Below the pieces are notes generated by a model. That model worked only from the letters and a program-made list of their open reading frames with translations, did not search any database and was not told where the DNA came from. From contig CAVXTH010000009.1 in assembly GCA_963764625.1 (NCBI GenBank), positions 352,001 to 416,000 on the forward strand: DNA of 64,000 bases, read 5' to 3'. The position numbers and the translations under genes are program-made. Positions 43,169 through 52,208 of the stretch are shown here, piece by piece. Source of the stretch: Candidatus Krumholzibacteriota bacterium (GTDB lineage Bacteria; Krumholzibacteriota; Krumholzibacteriia; JAJRXK01). How positions within the stretch are numbered: the first letter of the stretch is position 1; each line of letters opens with the position of its first letter.

Positions 43169-44698
43169 ATGTTCCTACGGCCCTCTCATCCCACTTCTTG
43201 TAGTCCATGGCTTGCATTCTGCGCTCTCGTTCTCGGGTGTGCGGTTTCCGTCCCTTCGGTGGCCGTCGCGGACCCGGTCGGCGACGACGAGGTCAAATAC
43301 CCTCACGGGGAATTCCGGGAAGCCTGCGAGCTCTGCCATAGCGCCAACGACTGGCAGCAGGCGCGGATCTCCAAGGACTTCGATCACGGCGCGTACGGAT
43401 TTCCCCTGGAGGGAGCGCACGCGAAGACCGACTGCATACTCTGCCACAAGACCCTCGAGTTCAAGGCGATGAACACAGACTGTTCGTCCTGTCACCAGGA
43501 TGCCCATCAGGGTGAATTTGGGAGCGACTGTTCCGAGTGTCACGGAACCCGGACCTTTCTCGATCGAAGCGAACAGATTTCGAATCACCGGCAGACCCAG
43601 TTCCCACTGAGTGGAGTTCACTCGACTCTGGATTGCCAGCAGTGCCACCGGGCCCAGAGCGGTGGATTGCAGTTGGTGAACACTCCCACCGACTGCTATG
43701 CGTGCCACGAGAGCGAGTTCGTTTCGACCCAGTCCCCCAGTCACACCCAAGGGGGATTCTCCACCGAATGTACCGATTGTCACGGCACCGTGAGTTGGAG
43801 CGGCGGCAACCTGAATGGCAGTCACGATTTCTTTCCTCTGCGGGGAGGCCACGCCGGGCTCGAGTGCGCGCAGTGTCACACCACGGGACAGTTCGCCGCG
43901 ATCGACCGGAACTGCGTGGCTTGCCACCAGGCCGATTACGACGGAACGACCGACCCGGTCCACACCTCGGCCGGATTCTCGACCGAGTGTGAAACGTGTC
44001 ACAGCATCAACGGCTGGGACGGAGCTTCGTTCGATCACTCACAGACTTCGTTTCCGCTCACCGGCGCGCACCGGGCGGTGGCGTGCCTCGATTGTCATAC
44101 CGGGAGCCAGTTCTCGGGAACACGCTCGGAGTGTGATGCCTGTCACCAAGCCGATTTCGAGGCCGCGGTCGACCCCAATCACGTCGCGGGGGGCTTCCCG
44201 GTGGAGTGTGAGACCTGTCACGACACCAATGCTTGGGAGGGCGCGAGCTTCGACCACTCGGCGACCTCCTTCCCTCTGACCGGAGCCCACGCCACGACCG
44301 ATTGCGCGCAGTGCCACGTGAACAACGTCTTCACGGGAACCAGCACTCGGTGCTACGACTGTCACCGCAGCGACTACGACGCGACGAACGATCCGGCTCA
44401 CGCGGGAGCGGGATTCGGAACCGATTGTGAGATCTGCCACACTACCTCAACCTGGTCGGGGGCCCAGTTCGATCACGACGGTGAGTTCTTCCCGATCTAC
44501 TCCGGAACCCATCGCGGCCGGTGGGACACCTGCCAGGAATGTCACACCAATGCTTCGAATTACGCCGTTTTCGATTGCCTGAGCTGCCATCCGCACGACG
44601 ACAAGGCAAACACCGACTCGCAGCACCGAGGGCGCAATGGCTACGTCTACGAGAGCAATGCCTGCTACGACTGCCATCCCCGAGGACGCAGTGAATGA
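43169..44698 (+). CDS. Multiheme c-type cytochrome, 19 CxxCH motifs in tandem triheme repeats
   Basis: Signal peptide ending AVA; 19 CxxCH counted; repeat unit FDH..T.FPL.G.H...CxxCH...CxxCH...P.H..GF...CxxCH...W. Confidence 0.95.
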   Translation: MFLRPSHPTSCSPWLAFCALVLGCAVSVPSVAVADPVGDDEVKYPHGEFREACELCHSANDWQQARISKDFDHGAYGFPLEGAHAKTDCILCHKTLEFKAMNTDCSSCHQDAHQGEFGSDCSECHGTRTFLDRSEQISNHRQTQFPLSGVHSTLDCQQCHRAQSGGLQLVNTPTDCYACHESEFVSTQSPSHTQGGFSTECTDCHGTVSWSGGNLNGSHDFFPLRGGHAGLECAQCHTTGQFAAIDRNCVACHQADYDGTTDPVHTSAGFSTECETCHSINGWDGASFDHSQTSFPLTGAHRAVACLDCHTGSQFSGTRSECDACHQADFEAAVDPNHVAGGFPVECETCHDTNAWEGASFDHSATSFPLTGAHATTDCAQCHVNNVFTGTSTRCYDCHRSDYDATNDPAHAGAGFGTDCEICHTTSTWSGAQFDHDGEFFPIYSGTHRGRWDTCQECHTNASNYAVFDCLSCHPHDDKANTDSQHRGRNGYVYESNACYDCHPRGRSE

Positions 44699-46324
44699 TC
44701 CGAGTTCTTCTCATCACCCTGTGTTTGCTCTCCGCCGGCACCGCAAGCGCGGAAACGGTATCGTCCGCGAAGGATGATGCCAGTGCCCAGAGCCTTTCCT
44801 CTCGCGCGACCGCGGCCATCACCTATCTGACCACCTCTACGGTCTACGTGAGTGCCGGCCGCAAAAACAAGCTGAGCGAGGGATCGCGCCTCTCGGTGAT
44901 CCGTGCGGACAGTGTCGTGGGGACGATCGAGGTGATCAACCTCTCGTCGGATCGCGCCTCCTGCAAGATCCTGGAATCCAGCGGGCCCTTCTTGGTGGGC
45001 GACCAGGTGGGCTGGAACGCGGAAGACGAAGGTGGGGTGCCAACGCCGCTTCAGCTCGCGCCACCGGGAAGCACGAGGCTCGAGTCGGGTCGAAGCTCGA
45101 CTGGAAGCACGCAAAGCTGGCTGCGCGAGAACGGGATTCGTGGCCGGATCAGCGGACGCTATCTCACGGTACGGGACCGATCGGGTACGGGTCAGAATCT
45201 CTCGCAGCCCGCTCTCGACGCACGGCTCGAGGGTCGACAGATCGGGGGATCGGACTGGGACCTGTCCTTGGACGTGCGAGCCAGACGCACCTTTCGTGAG
45301 GAGGCCAACGGCACGAACTCGCAGGAAGGTCGCTCGCGGGTGTATCGGGCGAATCTCTCCTGGAAACCACTGGACTCACGGGTTTCGTTGATGATGGGTC
45401 GCCAGTATTCACCCGAACTCTCGTCCCTCGGCATTTTCGACGGGGCATCCTTCGTGCTGCATTTCTCGCAGTGGAGCATGGGGCTCTTGTCCGGAAGCCA
45501 GCCCGATCCCGTCAGCTTCGGCTACTCAGGAGAGATCCGCGAACACGGTCTCTTCGTGCAGAGATACTCGGCCCAGGGCAGCAAACGCAGATTGAGCGTC
45601 ACCATGGGCGCGATCGGTTCCTACGTGCACGGGGAGATCAACCGCGAGTACTTGGCGTTCCAGACCCACTACACTTCCGGCGCCGTATCTGCCTATCTGA
45701 GCCAAGACGTCGACTACAATCGTGGCTGGAAACGTGAGATGGAGGGGCAAACGTTTCTCCCTGAACAACACCTATGCAAGTCTGCGGGTCCGTGCCGCCG
45801 AGCAAACGACGCTTGCGGCCGGGTTCGACAACCGGCGCAACGTTCGACTCTACCGCGACTACATTTCGCCGGAAGTCGAGTTCGACGATACCTACCGGCA
45901 GGGAGCATGGACGGGAGTCACGCAACGATTTGCCAAGAGGTATCGACTCGGAGCGAGAGTCAAGCGGTCGACCGGAGGCACTTCGGGAAACACCATTACC
46001 TACACTCTGAATGGATCGGTTCAGTGGCGCGTGAACTTGCAGGGGCGGACTTCGCGCTTCGACAACGATCTGCTCATCGGTTGGATCCACTCGGGATCGG
46101 CCAGCGTGCAAGTGAGTCCGAAGATGAGGCTGGAGATCGGAGGGGGGTTGCGCACGCAGACGGGCAAGAGCGTCCCTACCGGAGGCGATCGCCTCAGTTG
46201 GACGAACGCTTTGGCCGACTACTCGCTGGGACGGCAGTGGTACGCATCGCTCTCGTTCGAGCGCTCACACGAAGGTGATCAGGCCAACGACCAGATCTTC
46301 TCGATGTTGAGCTATCGCTTCTGA
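44695..46324 (+). CDS. Outer-membrane beta-barrel protein (putative cytochrome-associated porin), +1 frameshift at ~45744-45756
   Basis: ATGA overlap with the cytochrome gene, signal peptide, amphipathic strands. The 3' frame continues 'FSLNNTYASLRVR' to a terminal 'LSYRF'. Confidence 0.8.
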
Positions 46325-46393
46325 GACGTATCTTCCCATCGATAGCCCACCCCATGAGGCCCGGCGGCTCTCCGCTTGCGCGCCGTCCCCAGA

Positions 46394-47632
46394 TCACTCG
46401 TCCGCCATCAGGAAGCGAAGCAGCTTGGGGAGTCGCTGTGCCCAGTCGCGCTCTCGATGACGGTGCCCTTCCGCTTCGATACTGAGCAAGTCCTTTTCCG
46501 GGATCATCCCGTCTTCGCGCAGAATCCGATCCATGGTGCGCAGGGTGGCGATGGAGTCCTCCACCTCGTCATGGTTCTTGTCCTGCGAGCCTGAAATTTC
46601 GCGGGTTCCCATGTCCTGGTAGAAGCGTCGTGTCCGCGGGCGACCGGCTTCACGGGCAAATTGGAGGATGCGCCCTTGCGCCCACCAGTACGAAGGGGAC
46701 ACCGCCGCCACTCCGCCGCCAAAGACATCGCCGTGAGTGAAGGCCGCGTAGGCCGAGATCAACCCCCCCAGGGAAGATCCCGCCATGTAGGTGTGCGCGG
46801 CCCCGGGGAGAGTGCGAAAGTGGCGGTCGATGGAGGGCTTGAGCGTGTCGGCGACAGCGCGCAGGTAGCGCTCGCCTCCTCCGCCGGAATTCCATTCGAG
46901 GTCACGCCACGGGGTGTATTCCTCGATGCGCGCGGGGCCCCCGTTCTCGATGCCCACCACGATGAGTGGCGGGATCTCGCCGGCTCCGATCATGCGCTCG
47001 AGCGTTTCGTCCACCTGCCATTCTCCCGCGTACGAGCGCTCCTTGTCGAAGAGGTTCTGTCCATCGTGCATGTAGAGGACAGGGTAGCGCCGATCACCGT
47101 CTTCATAGCCGGGCGGCAAATAGACCCAGCAGCGACGGCCGTGCAGAAATGAAGTCTCCACGAAGGCCTCGACGTTCCCTGTGATCGTCGAGAGATCGGT
47201 ATCCGCCCACCGGGCCACGCTCAGCTCGTAGCTCGTGCCCTCCTGCGGTCGCAGTCGCCGCGCGTCGAGGGGAGAGCCATCGGCTCGCACTTCCACCGCA
47301 TCCCAAGTGCCACGACAGAAGAGGAAATGCAGGAGCAATCCGGCGGGGGAGGCGAGCGTCACTTGCCATCTTCCGTCTGGGCGTGGCTGAAGGCGGAACT
47401 TCGGGTTGTCCGGGCGCCACCCGTCGTGATCGGTGGAGAGGAAGACCGTCTCGCCGTTGGGAATGGTGTCCGGGAGTGCCACGACGAGGGTGAAGTGGAC
47501 CAACGCCTCGCCTTCTCGTGGCGCGGCGCGGACGGTCCCCGCGACGCACGCAAGAGCGAGCAGAGCCCAGAGGACCGCGGATGGGATGCGCCCGGCAAGG
47601 GAGAAGGAGTGCGGGGGCCAAAGAAGGCGCAA
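46394..47632 (-). CDS. Secreted alpha/beta-hydrolase (putative esterase) with N-terminal CBM20-like domain
   Basis: 'YPVLYMHDGQNLF', nucleophile elbow 'AGSSLGG', N-terminal 'W.P....L......W' and 'RGTWDAVE'. Confidence 0.85.
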   Translation of the reverse strand: MRLLWPPHSFSLAGRIPSAVLWALLALACVAGTVRAAPREGEALVHFTLVVALPDTIPNGETVFLSTDHDGWRPDNPKFRLQPRPDGRWQVTLASPAGLLLHFLFCRGTWDAVEVRADGSPLDARRLRPQEGTSYELSVARWADTDLSTITGNVEAFVETSFLHGRRCWVYLPPGYEDGDRRYPVLYMHDGQNLFDKERSYAGEWQVDETLERMIGAGEIPPLIVVGIENGGPARIEEYTPWRDLEWNSGGGGERYLRAVADTLKPSIDRHFRTLPGAAHTYMAGSSLGGLISAYAAFTHGDVFGGGVAAVSPSYWWAQGRILQFAREAGRPRTRRFYQDMGTREISGSQDKNHDEVEDSIATLRTMDRILREDGMIPEKDLLSIEAEGHRHRERDWAQRLPKLLRFLMADE

Positions 47633-47752
47633 GGGGTGCTCCAGGATTGACTGACGGGTTTCGTTTCCAGATGCGCTACGGCTTCAACATGATCATACTA
47701 TCTCCGTGGCGCGAGGATTGTTACCGCCGATGAGAACGGGGCAGCGGCTCTC

Positions 47753-48448
47753 ATGATCTCAATTCGCGATTTGGAGTTTCACTATCCGCGGGGCGATTTC
47801 CGCCTGAGGATCCCTGAGTTCCAAGTGGAGAGCGGCGAATCAGTGGCCGTCATCGGTCCCAGCGGCACCGGCAAGACCACTCTCTTGAACCTCATCGGTG
47901 GAATCGTGATCGCATCCTTGGGGAGAGTCGTGAACCGCGGCACCGATTTGAGCGTCCTGAACGATGCGCAGAGAAGAACGTTTCGTATTCAGAACATCGG
48001 TCTCGTCTTTCAAGAGTTCGAACTCCTAGAGTACCTGACCGTTCTGGACAACATCCTGCTTCCGTATCGGATCCATCCGGCGCTGCAACTGAGTTCATTG
48101 GTAGAGCGGCGGGCCAGGGAACTCGCCGAGGAAGTGGGAATTTCCCACGATCTGCGCCGCTACGTGGACCAGCTTTCCCAGGGCGAAAGGCAGCGCGTGG
48201 CCATCTGCCGGGCTCTCTTGCCCGGTCCCAGCTTGATTCTCGCCGACGAGCCCACGGGCAACCTGGATCCGCGCAACAAGGGCCGTGTCCTGGACATTCT
48301 CTTCGCGTACGTGAAACGCGAGGAAGCCACTCTGATCACGGTGACGCACGATCACGATTTGCTCGGACGCTTCGAGAGAGTCGTCGATTTCAGCCGCTTT
48401 CACGCGGAGATGGACCCCCCTCTCAGTTCGGGGGATCCGGCAGCATGA
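47753..48448 (+). CDS. ABC ATP-binding protein (LolD/MacB type)
   Basis: 'GPSGTGKTT', '[10 protein letters not shown]', '[10 protein letters not shown]', 'ADEPTGNLD'. Confidence 0.92.
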   Translation: MISIRDLEFHYPRGDFRLRIPEFQVESGESVAVIGPSGTGKTTLLNLIGGIVIASLGRVVNRGTDLSVLNDAQRRTFRIQNIGLVFQEFELLEYLTVLDNILLPYRIHPALQLSSLVERRARELAEEVGISHDLRRYVDQLSQGERQRVAICRALLPGPSLILADEPTGNLDPRNKGRVLDILFAYVKREEATLITVTHDHDLLGRFERVVDFSRFHAEMDPPLSSGDPAA

Positions 48449-49626
48449 AAGAGGTGCTCTATCTCGCCTGGCGTTACTTGAGCTACCACCGCGTCAAGAC
48501 CGTTATCCTCACGACATCGATCACGCTCATCCTCTTTCTCCCGGTGGGGCTGCGCGTCTTGGCGAACCAGGGCCGGTCCGAGCTCATTGCGCGCGCGCGC
48601 GTCACCCCGCTCTTGTTAGGGGGAAAGGGCAGCCCTTTGGAGCTGACCCTGAACTCCCTCTACTTCGAATCGGACGTGCCGGACGCAATGCGCTACGGCG
48701 AAATCGCGCGGGTGGATTCCTCGGGCCTGGCCCGGCCGATTCCGCTCTACACGCGGTTTCGCTGTCGGGGCTTTCCCATCGTGGGAACGACTCTCGATTA
48801 TTTCGAGTGCCGTGGTTTGCGTCTCTCGAAGGGGCGCACTCTGGCGCTTCTGGGAGAGTGCGTGCTGGGCGCGGAAGCGGCCAGGAAACTCGGCGTCTCC
48901 ATCGGTGACCCTGTGGTTTCCTCGACGGAAAACGTGTTCGATCTCGCCGGAGTCTATCCCTTGAAAATGAGCGTCGTGGGCATTTTGCGGCGCAGCTACA
49001 CCCCCGACGACCGGGCCATCTTCACCGATCTCAAGACTACATGGGTCATCGCGGGTATTGGTCACGGCCACCAGGACCTCAGCCAGCCCGGCGCCGGATC
49101 CCAGATCTTGAAGAAGGAGGGAAACACGGTCATCGCGAACTCCTCCGTGAAGCAGTACAACGAGGTCACCCGCGAAAACCTGGCGTCCTTCCATTTCCAC
49201 GGTAAGCCGGAGGACTTTCCTGTCACGGCTGCGATCATCTTTCCCAAGGACGAGAAGGCTTCCACCTTGCTTCGCGGGCGCTACCTCTCTCCGCAGGAGA
49301 GAGTGCAACTCGTCAGCCCGGTCGAAGTCATGAACGGTTTGCTCGCCACCATCTTCACGCTGCAGAGTTACCTGATCGCGGCGGTTCTCGTCATTGGGCT
49401 CGCCACTCTGGCGACGGCAATCCTCGTGTTCATGCTCTCGTTGCGACTCCGCCGGCGCGAGATCGCCACCATGATGAAGATCGGCGGTTCGAGGGGCCGC
49501 GTGTTCGCTGTGCTCGTATCGGAGATCGCGATGGTCTTGGCGGTGAGCGTGCTCTTGGCCACCGGACTGACCCTCGTGACGGCGCACTTTGGCTCGGCGA
49601 TCATTCGGAGCCTGATTCTGTCCTGA
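48445..49626 (+). CDS. FtsX/MacB-type ABC permease with His motifs
   Basis: 'LAWRYL', large periplasmic loop with 'GHGH' and 'FHFH', 'RRREIATM..IG'; four TMs. Confidence 0.88.
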   Translation: MKEVLYLAWRYLSYHRVKTVILTTSITLILFLPVGLRVLANQGRSELIARARVTPLLLGGKGSPLELTLNSLYFESDVPDAMRYGEIARVDSSGLARPIPLYTRFRCRGFPIVGTTLDYFECRGLRLSKGRTLALLGECVLGAEAARKLGVSIGDPVVSSTENVFDLAGVYPLKMSVVGILRRSYTPDDRAIFTDLKTTWVIAGIGHGHQDLSQPGAGSQILKKEGNTVIANSSVKQYNEVTRENLASFHFHGKPEDFPVTAAIIFPKDEKASTLLRGRYLSPQERVQLVSPVEVMNGLLATIFTLQSYLIAAVLVIGLATLATAILVFMLSLRLRRREIATMMKIGGSRGRVFAVLVSEIAMVLAVSVLLATGLTLVTAHFGSAIIRSLILS

Positions 49627-49643
49627 AGCCGGAGGAATTCGCC

Positions 49644-50612
49644 ATGTCCAGGTCTAGGATGTTCAGCGCTTTAGGCGGACGCCGCGTTCTGTCGGGAGTG
49701 GCTCTGCTGTTGGCGGCGCTTCTCAGCCAGGCGTGCGGGCAGGAAGGCGCCGCCCAACACGAAGAGACGCGGGCAAGGCGAGCCATCCGCCGACCGACGG
49801 TGTACACCGTCAACTACCCCCTGGACTACTTCGCGCGGCGTATCGGCGGAGAGAGCGTCGAGGTGGTGTTTCCCGCTCCCGCAGAGCTCGACCCGGCCTT
49901 TTGGCTGCCCTCACCCGAGGAGATCCTGAGCTTCCAGAAAGCCGATCTCATCCTCTTGAACGGGGCGGACTACGCCAAGTGGGTGAAGCTGGCGACCCTG
50001 CCTCCGGAGAAACTGGTCGACACCTCGGCCGCTTTTCAGGACAGCTTCATCGTGATTCAAAACGCGATGACTCACAGCCATGGGCCTTCGGGGAAGCACT
50101 CTCACGCGGGTACGGTCTTCACCACCTGGATCGACTTCACGCAGGCGGGCGCGCAGGCCCAAGCCGTCTACGAGGCCTTTCTCGCAGGTGGACTGGCGGA
50201 CAGTTTGACCCTCCGGCGCAACTTCGAGGCGCTGCGCGAAGACCTTCGGGCCCTGGACGATTCGCTTCTGGCCCTCACGCGCGGACAGAGGAAGCTGCCG
50301 CTCCTCGCGTCGCACCCCATCTACCAGTACTTCGCGCGTCGCTACGCCCCGAATTTGGTCAGCGTGACCTGGGAACCCGGCGAGGCGCCCAGCGAGGCGC
50401 AGTGGGAGGACCTGAGCAGTCTGCAAAAGGAACACGGGGCGGCATGGATGATCTGGGAAGGGGAGCCTCTGCCCGCAAGCAGGAAGAGGCTCTCGCAGAT
50501 GGGCATCCACAGCGTGGTCTTTGACCCCTGCGCGAACCGTCCCCCAACGGGAGACTTTCTGGACATCATGCGGCAGAACCTACAGGATCTGCGGGCGATC
50601 TACCGGAACTGA
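49644..50612 (+). CDS. Metal ABC substrate-binding lipoprotein (ZnuA/TroA cluster A-I)
   Basis: Lipobox 'SQAC', 'DPAFWLPSP', 'ADLILLNG', His loop 'THSHGPSGKHSHAG', 'YQYFARRY'. Confidence 0.88.
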   Translation: MSRSRMFSALGGRRVLSGVALLLAALLSQACGQEGAAQHEETRARRAIRRPTVYTVNYPLDYFARRIGGESVEVVFPAPAELDPAFWLPSPEEILSFQKADLILLNGADYAKWVKLATLPPEKLVDTSAAFQDSFIVIQNAMTHSHGPSGKHSHAGTVFTTWIDFTQAGAQAQAVYEAFLAGGLADSLTLRRNFEALREDLRALDDSLLALTRGQRKLPLLASHPIYQYFARRYAPNLVSVTWEPGEAPSEAQWEDLSSLQKEHGAAWMIWEGEPLPASRKRLSQMGIHSVVFDPCANRPPTGDFLDIMRQNLQDLRAIYRN

Positions 50613-51283
50613 TCCGACTGCGGCTCGCTCGAATCCTCGTCCCGGGTGAAGAATTCCAAGGCCGTGGCGAGGGCGGATTCGGCGGCCAGGACGGGCGCAT
50701 AGAGAGCCCCGTCCAGCGAACGGCTCACCGTGGCCTCGCTCACCCTCCGACGGCGCGCGACTTCCGTGCGGCGCGCGTACTGGCGGGCCAGCACGATCGT
50801 CTCCCGCTGCTTCGGCTTCCATCGCCCCCGTACCGCTCCGAGGAGTTGCAAGAGGCCGTTCACCACGGTCTCCGGCTCGGGGGCCAGTCCGCGGCATAGG
50901 GCCCAGGCTTTCTCTTTCTTGGCCGCATCCAGAGCCTGGCGCGCGCGCTCGAAGCACAGGCCCTCCATCCCGTGGACGCGTGCGCGCGCTTGGCCGCGCA
51001 GCGGCCCCCATCCCAAGCCGAAGCGGAGGGGGTTTTCAGGGGCCTCCGCCTCGAGGCCGGTCACCAGTTCACAGAACCCCCAGGGCTGACGGAGCAGAGC
51101 CAGGAAACGGCCCTCGTCGATGAACTCCAGGGGGGTGCGCAGGTGCCTCCTCTGGATCCGCGTGAGTTCCGCCAGGGCGCGCTCCAGGGAAGGGCGGGCG
51201 GACGCCCGCTCGGGCGAGCCTGCTTTTGAGGCCGGCTCTCCCAGGAGGGCGAGGTAGCTGCGGTCCGTTGCGTCCAGTGTCAT
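50600..51283 (-). CDS. SatD-family protein (cyclase-like N-terminus plus C-terminal HTH), apparently degenerate
   Basis: 'LRFGLGWG', 'MEGLCFERARQAL', 'WKPKQRE', HTH 'TEVARRRRVSEATVSRSL'. Confidence 0.75.
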   Translation of the reverse strand: MTLDATDRSYLALLGEPASKAGSPERASARPSLERALAELTRIQRRHLRTPLEFIDEGRFLALLRQPWGFCELVTGLEAEAPENPLRFGLGWGPLRGQARARVHGMEGLCFERARQALDAAKKEKAWALCRGLAPEPETVVNGLLQLLGAVRGRWKPKQRETIVLARQYARRTEVARRRRVSEATVSRSLDGALYAPVLAAESALATALEFFTRDEDSSEPQSDQFR

Positions 51284-51400
51284 AAACTTAGTATAAAAAG
51301 CTATCGCTCAAGGAGAGCAAGAGAGATTTTATGTTTTCTAAAAATAGTAAATATTTTATAGATAGTATAAAAAGACTAATTATAATATCTAAACTCTCTG
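51284..51400. promoter_or_regulatory. AT-rich divergent promoter island with 12-bp direct repeat TAGTATAAAAAG (51289-51300, 51363-51374)
   Basis: 28/117 G+C (~24%). Palindromic ATTATAAT at 51379-51386; minus-strand TATACT 6 nt before the satD ATG. Confidence 0.65.
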
Positions 51401-51558
51401 ATGGTCCCGCCGAACGCACCCGCGGGGCTACGGCAGATCCTCGAGCTGAGTCTTGCGCGCGCCCAGCGCCCGGATATGGTGTGGGCTTCCCGCGGTCACT
51501 TCCGGGCGCGGCGATCGCTCGCTCGCGCCGCTTCGGGCAGTCCTGCCGGAGGTCATCG

Positions 51559-52149
51559 ATGCCAACTGTCTTCGCCTGGGAGTTCCTGGTCTTTCCGCTC
51601 GTGGGGGCGGTGATCGGACTGATCACCAACGACATCGCGATCAGGATGCTCTTTCATCCGCATGCTGCCAAGAGGGTGGGACCCTGGCGCCTGCCCTTCA
51701 CTCCGGGGCTGATTCCGGCGCAGCGCGAGACCATCGCCCGCAACATCGCCGAGACCTTCGAAACCAAACTTCTGTCGACGCGAGAGATCCACTCGTTCTT
51801 CACCGGGGAGGACGTGCGCCGCAAGGTCGAAGGCAAGGTCGGCGAGATGCTGCGGAGCCTGGGCCCGCTCGCATCGATGGCGCAGGGCTTCAAACCCATG
51901 ATCGTCGAAAAGCTCCTGCGTGGACTGGAGGAGATGGCCGAGGAGGCGATCGAGCAAGACGGCGGCTTCGACGTCGCCCGCCGCATCGAGAACCGGATCA
52001 ACGAAATGGACATCGCCGCGCTGGAAGAACTCATCCTGGGCTTTTCTCGCAAGCAGTTCCACTACATCACGCTCTTCGGAGGTGTCCTGGGGTTCGTGAT
52101 CGGCTTACTGCAGGCGATTCTCAGTGTCGCGCTTCGGGGAGCGGCCTGA
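51559..52149 (+). CDS. DUF445-family membrane protein
   Basis: GGAGG RBS, 'GAVIGLITNDIAIRMLFHP', 'TPGLIP', 'ITLFGGVLGFVIGLLQ'. Confidence 0.88.
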   Translation: MPTVFAWEFLVFPLVGAVIGLITNDIAIRMLFHPHAAKRVGPWRLPFTPGLIPAQRETIARNIAETFETKLLSTREIHSFFTGEDVRRKVEGKVGEMLRSLGPLASMAQGFKPMIVEKLLRGLEEMAEEAIEQDGGFDVARRIENRINEMDIAALEELILGFSRKQFHYITLFGGVLGFVIGLLQAILSVALRGAA

Positions 52150-52208
52150 ACCGCCAAGTCGTCGACTTCGGATGCGGAGCTCCGTCAACTCCAAGCCCGC
52201 GAGTGCAC

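Noticed and set aside
43900-44470. DNA-level repeats resembling an array
   Set aside because: They are in-frame, degenerate coding repeats of the cytochrome, not CRISPR or a mobile element.
47680-47705. Possible Zur/Fur box (ATGATCAT) upstream of the metal ABC operon
   Set aside because: Only an 8-bp palindrome and a poor match to known boxes.
51288-51635. ORFs running through the AT-rich island (115 aa on minus; 5' extension of DUF445)
   Set aside because: Mixed composition and no RBS; DUF445 has a GGAGG RBS at 51559.
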